From a virus (lineage: Duplodnaviria; Caudoviricetes), in IMG/VR virus record IMGVR_UViG_3300049144_000011, positions 1 through 57,285 of that record: a DNA stretch of 57,285 nt. The stretch is one strand, 5' to 3'. Shown one piece after another: positions 53,373 to 57,285 of this stretch (its first letter is position 1; each line of letters starts with the position of its first letter). Made by a program: the position numbers and the translations under genes. The notes under the pieces were generated by a model. It did not search any database, was not told the DNA's origin, and saw only the letters and a list, made by a program, of their open reading frames with translations.

Positions 53373-53507
53373 TTCCTTACCTCTCTCGTCTGTGCCGATA
53401 GGGTCAGTACGGGGCCCGGATTACCGGACCCCTCTACTCGCCCGACCGATTCAGTGATCATTTCCGGATTCAGGGTTTGCCGGCACGGCACATAATCCGG
53501 ATTTGGA

Positions 53508-53717
53508 TCATGCGTGGCGGTAAAACTCCCTCAACTCTCGGAAGTCGTTGTTGCGGAGGTAGTAACTCCACTCCACGGAGACTCGCGCACCGTTGTTGTA
53601 GCGACGCTGCATGAGGATCCATTCGGGTACGGTCCCGTCAGGATTCTTTGTGTAGGACGTCCGGGAGTTGTGACCCCCGTAGGGGGAGGAGTCTGAAGCC
53701 TTAGCCAGAGTGACCAT
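53508..53717 (-). CDS. Hypothetical protein
   Basis: ATG at 53717 in a packed arm. Confidence 0.5.
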   Translation of the reverse strand: MVTLAKASDSSPYGGHNSRTSYTKNPDGTVPEWILMQRRYNNGARVSVEWSYYLRNNDFRELREFYRHA

Positions 53718-53730
53718 GCCTGCCTGCCTT

Positions 53731-53898
53731 TCAGCGTGAGAGGTACTTACGGATGGACTGGCGGAAGGTGTTCCGGTCTCCCCGCTTAGCTGTCCTGCGA
53801 GCCAACGTGCGCCACTTTCCGGGGGGCTGGCCACAGCAGGAGCAATCCCGCCCTCCGGGCCCGTTCGGACAGAACTTTCCTGCCATAGGTGCGTTCAT
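53731..53898 (-). CDS. Basic Cys-containing hypothetical protein
   Basis: GPGG.DC.CC motif followed by a basic helix. Confidence 0.6.
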   Translation of the reverse strand: MNAPMAGKFCPNGPGGRDCSCCGQPPGKWRTLARRTAKRGDRNTFRQSIRKYLSR

Positions 53899-54233
53899 CA
53901 GTAGTCCTTTCCTGCGATGCGGAGCCATTCGCGGTAGCGGTCGAGAATGCGGAGCGCATACCAACACTCTTCCGGTCCGGGGCGAGCGTCTGCGAGTTCC
54001 TGATACTCGAATGCATCTTCTTCCGGGCCCATAGGAGACGGGCGGAACTCCGGTACGTTCTCGCCACACTCGAACGTCAGATAGTCACAGAGTGCGAATC
54101 GCCAACCCTGACACCATGCGAATTGGTCGCCCGGATCATGGTCGAGCAACGCATGCCCCAAGATCTCTCGCTTACCTGAGTACAGCGTCCAATACTTCCG
54201 GGCATCATCCGTCATGCCCAGCCATTCCTGCAT
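53898..54233 (-). CDS. Hypothetical protein
   Basis: RBS AGGAG directly after a stoperator. Confidence 0.7.
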   Translation of the reverse strand: MQEWLGMTDDARKYWTLYSGKREILGHALLDHDPGDQFAWCQGWRFALCDYLTFECGENVPEFRPSPMGPEEDAFEYQELADARPGPEECWYALRILDRYREWLRIAGKDY

Positions 54234-54256
54234 TCGCCTACTCCTATGGTCTCGTT

Positions 54257-54433
54257 TCAACTTTGCGAGCACAAAAAAGCGCTCATGGCTTCCGAGTACG
54301 ACGACACTCCGAGGGAGCGCATCTTGTGCTGTGCCTTGGCTACCCAGTGACTCGGCCAATCGCTCACGTCCCGATAGGTCGCGACTGCGGTCACGTCGAC
54401 ACCGACCAGCCATGCAATGAACCGTGCGTTCAC
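54257..54433 (-). CDS. 58-aa hypothetical protein
   Basis: GTGA-coupled; MNARFIAWLVG... Confidence 0.45.
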   Translation of the reverse strand: MNARFIAWLVGVDVTAVATYRDVSDWPSHWVAKAQHKMRSLGVSSYSEAMSAFLCSQS

Positions 54434-54741
54434 TTTGACTCGCCTTTCTCCTGAGGCAGAGGACCGAATCCCCGGTAAGTGTGGCCCGGATACCAGACTT
54501 CTACTGCCCTTACGTGACCCTCATACGTCGTGGCACCACACTTGCAAGTCACCCGATCGTTCCTCCTACGGAACGTCCGGAGCACAGTCCAGAACTCATC
54601 AGGAGCATTCGTGTCCTGGTCCTCGTACATGTACTCCGTGGCCGCCTCTATGTCGACCAGCGTTTCCGGGTCCCCATCCATACCGGAGAGGGCAGTGAGA
54701 ATGTCTTCCCGGATTGCTGCCTTGCTCCTGCGTGTGGTCAT
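54430..54741 (-). CDS. Hypothetical protein
   Basis: MTTRRSKAAIRE...; packed arm. Confidence 0.6.
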   Translation of the reverse strand: MTTRRSKAAIREDILTALSGMDGDPETLVDIEAATEYMYEDQDTNAPDEFWTVLRTFRRRNDRVTCKCGATTYEGHVRAVEVWYPGHTYRGFGPLPQEKGESK

Positions 54742-54751
54742 TCCTAGGCCC

Positions 54752-54922
54752 CTATCCGAGTGAGACGTCACTGATGATGTTCTGTTCTGCGGGATAGCTG
54801 CACTGGACACCGTTAAGGATGTACTGCCGTACGTCGTCCCTCACCTCTGAGGTATCCAGACCGTACTCACTCGCCCACTCATTCTCTTCAACGTCCATGG
54901 TGAGCACTACGCGAACGCGCAT
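54752..54922 (-). CDS. 56-aa hypothetical protein
   Basis: RBS AGGAG; MRVRVVLTMDV...W..EYG...VRDDVRQY. Confidence 0.65.
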   Translation of the reverse strand: MRVRVVLTMDVEENEWASEYGLDTSEVRDDVRQYILNGVQCSYPAEQNIISDVSLG

Positions 54923-54939
54923 ATCGAGTCTCCTACAAC

Positions 54940-55215
54940 CTAGATGGAACGCTTGACGAACTTGTACGGGCCCGAATCTCCGTTGCGGAGCATAAGGCGA
55001 CCGTTCTTAGCCCAACGGGTCTCGTAACCCTCGTAGAGGGACGTGAACTCATCGGCGTACTCGGCGTAAGCGAGTGCGTGATACTCCTGCCACTCGTGCG
55101 TTTCGCTGGTCGTGTCCGGAACAGAGATGATCATGGGTTCCGGGGGTGCCGGCAGACTGTAACCCCCAAACATGATCATGAAAGCCATTACTGCGGAGAT
55201 GATCCAAGCGGGCAT
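54940..55215 (-). CDS. Hypothetical protein with N-terminal hydrophobic segment
   Basis: RBS AGAGGA; TM/signal-like N-terminus. Confidence 0.65.
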   Translation of the reverse strand: MPAWIISAVMAFMIMFGGYSLPAPPEPMIISVPDTTSETHEWQEYHALAYAEYADEFTSLYEGYETRWAKNGRLMLRNGDSGPYKFVKRSI

Positions 55216-55287
55216 TTGTGTTTCCTCTACTAGGCGACAGTAAGAGGGCGCCTGTACGAGACAGGCACCCGATACCGCTTACCTTGC

Positions 55288-55482
55288 TTAGAGGATGCGG
55301 GACGTTTCCGGATTCAGCTTGTGCCGGTAGAGAAACGAACCCTCACACCTTCCGCAATCGTCCCTGTAGGTGATCGTGCTGGGTGTGTTCAGGTCCCCAA
55401 TCACCATCCCCACAATGGTTGCCTCGGCCTGAGTGCCGTTGTCGTGCGCGATATGCACCTTGCTTCCTGCGTTGTAACTCAC
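55288..55482 (-). CDS. Hypothetical protein
   Basis: RBS AGGAG after a stoperator. Confidence 0.6.
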   Translation of the reverse strand: MSYNAGSKVHIAHDNGTQAEATIVGMVIGDLNTPSTITYRDDCGRCEGSFLYRHKLNPETSRIL

Positions 55483-55586
55483 TTGATCTCCTAGGGTCTC
55501 GTTTCAACTTTAGGCGGAAACAAGAGGATGCACAGTGCGTTGCCTGTGCACCCGATGCCTCTTACCTAGTGGCGCACGCAGTGCGC

Positions 55587-55769
55587 TTAGTGTGTGAGTC
55601 GGTCTATCTGGTTCTGAAGACGCTTGGCGTACCTGAGATGCGCGTTGTATTCCTCGGAGGCAGCCTCATACTCCTCATCGCTCTTAGCTGTCTCTCGCGT
55701 AAGCAGTAGGCTTGTCAGCCTGCTCTCAACTTGCCGCATCTTCTCTCGGAGCTGTGCAAGTTCGCTCAC
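55587..55769 (-). CDS. Coiled-coil hypothetical protein
   Basis: RBS AGGAG. Confidence 0.6.
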   Translation of the reverse strand: MSELAQLREKMRQVESRLTSLLLTRETAKSDEEYEAASEEYNAHLRYAKRLQNQIDRLTH

Positions 55770-55777
55770 TGTCTCTC

Positions 55778-56074
55778 CTAGTTCTCGTCCGTGATGAGCA
55801 CGCCATGACGCGTGTTGTAGAAGGTGACGATTCCCCCGTGCTTCAGGATTTCCAGCACGTCATTTGCAGTCAGGGGCTGATCACTCTCAGGACACTGAAT
55901 CGTGTTGTTGCCCAGTCCGTTTGCTACGGCCGTAAGGGCAGTGGTGCCGAAACCGATCACGGTTTCCGTAACACCAGCTACGTAGCCAGCGAACTCGTCC
56001 TCAGGCGCGTAGTTATTCACCATGCGCACCATGGCTGCCTCGGCAATGGCACGCATCTTGTTCATGTTCAGCAT
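55778..56074 (-). CDS. Hypothetical protein
   Basis: RBS AGGAG. Confidence 0.7.
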   Translation of the reverse strand: MLNMNKMRAIAEAAMVRMVNNYAPEDEFAGYVAGVTETVIGFGTTALTAVANGLGNNTIQCPESDQPLTANDVLEILKHGGIVTFYNTRHGVLITDEN

Positions 56075-56181
56075 GATCTATCTCCTAAGCATCGCACGCA
56101 GTGCGTGGGACTAGGTCTCGTTTCAACTTTAAGGGGGAACAAAAGGACGCAGGTGCGAGACCTGCGCCCGATGCTTCTTAC

Positions 56182-56304
56182 CTACTGGGCTGCAATGTTC
56201 TCGTCCGATGTGGTCTCTCGAACGGGAACGTTACTCATATCCGTAGCGAGTAGATCCCGCTCCCACTCGGTGAGTTCACCGATCATCCATGTCTGTTCTT
56301 CCAT
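56182..56304 (-). CDS. 40-aa first early gene
   Basis: RBS AGGAGGA; MEEQTWMIGELTEWERDLL... Confidence 0.6.
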   Translation of the reverse strand: MEEQTWMIGELTEWERDLLATDMSNVPVRETTSDENIAAQ

Positions 56305-56815
56305 GACTCCTCCTGTAAGCGGGTCCAGTAGGGCACTGCTACGAGAGCAGTGCCCGTAAGACCTTACTTACTTCCATCCTAGGTGGACTAGGGCCGATGG
56401 ACGCCCCACCCTCATAAACACCATGCACGCTTTACAGGAACCCTAGCCTTAAGTCTCGCTAGGTAGGATCCGACCCTAGGTCGGCGATCCCGGTAGCCAC
56501 TAGCCTTGAGTCCTGCTAGTTGGGAGACACCCTTAGGCGACGACTACACATGCTGTGCGGGGAATGTTCTTGCCTTTGTATTGATCTTAGGCGGTTTCAC
56601 TGTTCAGTTAACGGAGGAACAAAGGCTTCCTTGGCTGGCACCCTGTCGAGTGCTTCCCTTCCGGGCCCTGTCGGCTGGTCTCCCTGCCGACATGAGTACT
56701 CTCGCACGGATCGAGGTCTCGTTTCAACCCCATCCCCAGACTTCTTTCATTCTTTCCTGCCCTACAGGGGGAGGGGGCGGTAGGCACCCTAGGGCTATAG
56801 AGGAACACGCATGCG

Positions 56816-56845
56816 CGTATACCCCATGCACTCATGGTGTGTCAA
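56816..56845 (-). promoter_or_regulatory. Sigma-HrdB-type early leftward promoter
   Basis: TTGACA-N18-TATACG on the minus strand. Confidence 0.6.
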
Positions 56846-57285
56846 CCAGGCTGTACAGGGGCTGATTGGAGTGCGTGTAGGGCATGAGCGGTGTGCAGTG
56901 CACTGCCTAGCTGGAGTCGACCTACGGGGCCGAGCATGGGCCCTGCGTGCTCCTCCTGGACCCCATGCCACCACTCGGAGGGATGCGTGAACCAAGATCA
57001 TCTAGAGAAGCCGGCACAGTCGATCCCCCTAAATGATCATGGTCTGTGAGGGCACGTCGACACGTCGGAGGCTGGTCGCTCACGTCCCCCTCTGCACTCG
57101 ACATTCCCTCTGCCTATTCGCATTGAATGAATGAATGGATGCATTCTCAGCCGGCATTCCCTGTATGCAGAAATGCTATTGCCTGCCCCGCTCGCCCGTT
57201 TATTCATTCATTCTCAGGTGTGCACAAATAGGTGGGGTAATGCATACATACATACGCAGCGCCCCCGGCGGGTCCTCTGCGTATG

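Larger units (their letters stand above)
52401..56728 (-). promoter_or_regulatory. Five stoperator-like sites in the early arm
   Basis: Sites at 52401, 54248, 55495, 56114, 56715; the last supplies a TTGAAA -35-like hexamer. Confidence 0.8.

Noticed and set aside
54268-54330. Hairpin as another member of the early RNA motif family
   Set aside because: Lies within the probable ORF 54257-54433 and lacks the GGUAAG/AUCGGG elements
1-57285. Reverse transcriptase systems (DGR, retron), IS elements, rRNA
   Set aside because: No RT or transposase motifs, no TR/VR pair, and no rRNA-like sequence seen

Overview
The window appears to be a complete ~57.3-kb temperate actinobacteriophage genome. It is a siphovirus, and the host is most likely Streptomyces (inferred from the XRE/DUF5753-DUF397 pair and the endolysin architecture). 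Gene content resembles mycobacteriophage L5/Bxb1 and Streptomyces R4-type phages, but the blocks are in a different order: (1) left-end accessory island, 1-3.9 kb; (2) large serine integrase, 4.0-5.5 kb; (3) leftward DNA-metabolism arm, 5.5-24.5 kb, with dCMP deaminase, family A polymerase, ThyX, class II RNR, C5-MTase, LAGLIDADG, split primase, EndoVII, helicase and a Cas4-like nuclease; (4) L5 gp71-like repressor, 24.6-25.2 kb; (5) rightward virion/lysis operon with two tRNA genes, 25.8-49.1 kb; (6) leftward arm of small early genes, 49.2-56.3 kb. Signals not shown by the ORF track: about 23 copies of a 14-bp asymmetric site GTTGAAACGAGACC, all co-oriented with transcription (stoperator-like); two paralogous ~36-aa RDF-like micro-ORFs on either side of the integrase; a duplicated ~65-bp promoter-like element, each copy followed by a hairpin array; Crp-like boxes around the repressor; 45-bp-period repeat pairs flanking the endolysin cassette; a repeated, covarying RNA stem-bulge-stem motif between early genes; a tRNA with an enlarged anticodon arm; a truncated Lsr2-like protein; and only two in-frame TTA (bldA-dependent) codons. 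All functional calls come from motif recognition by eye; no database search was run.
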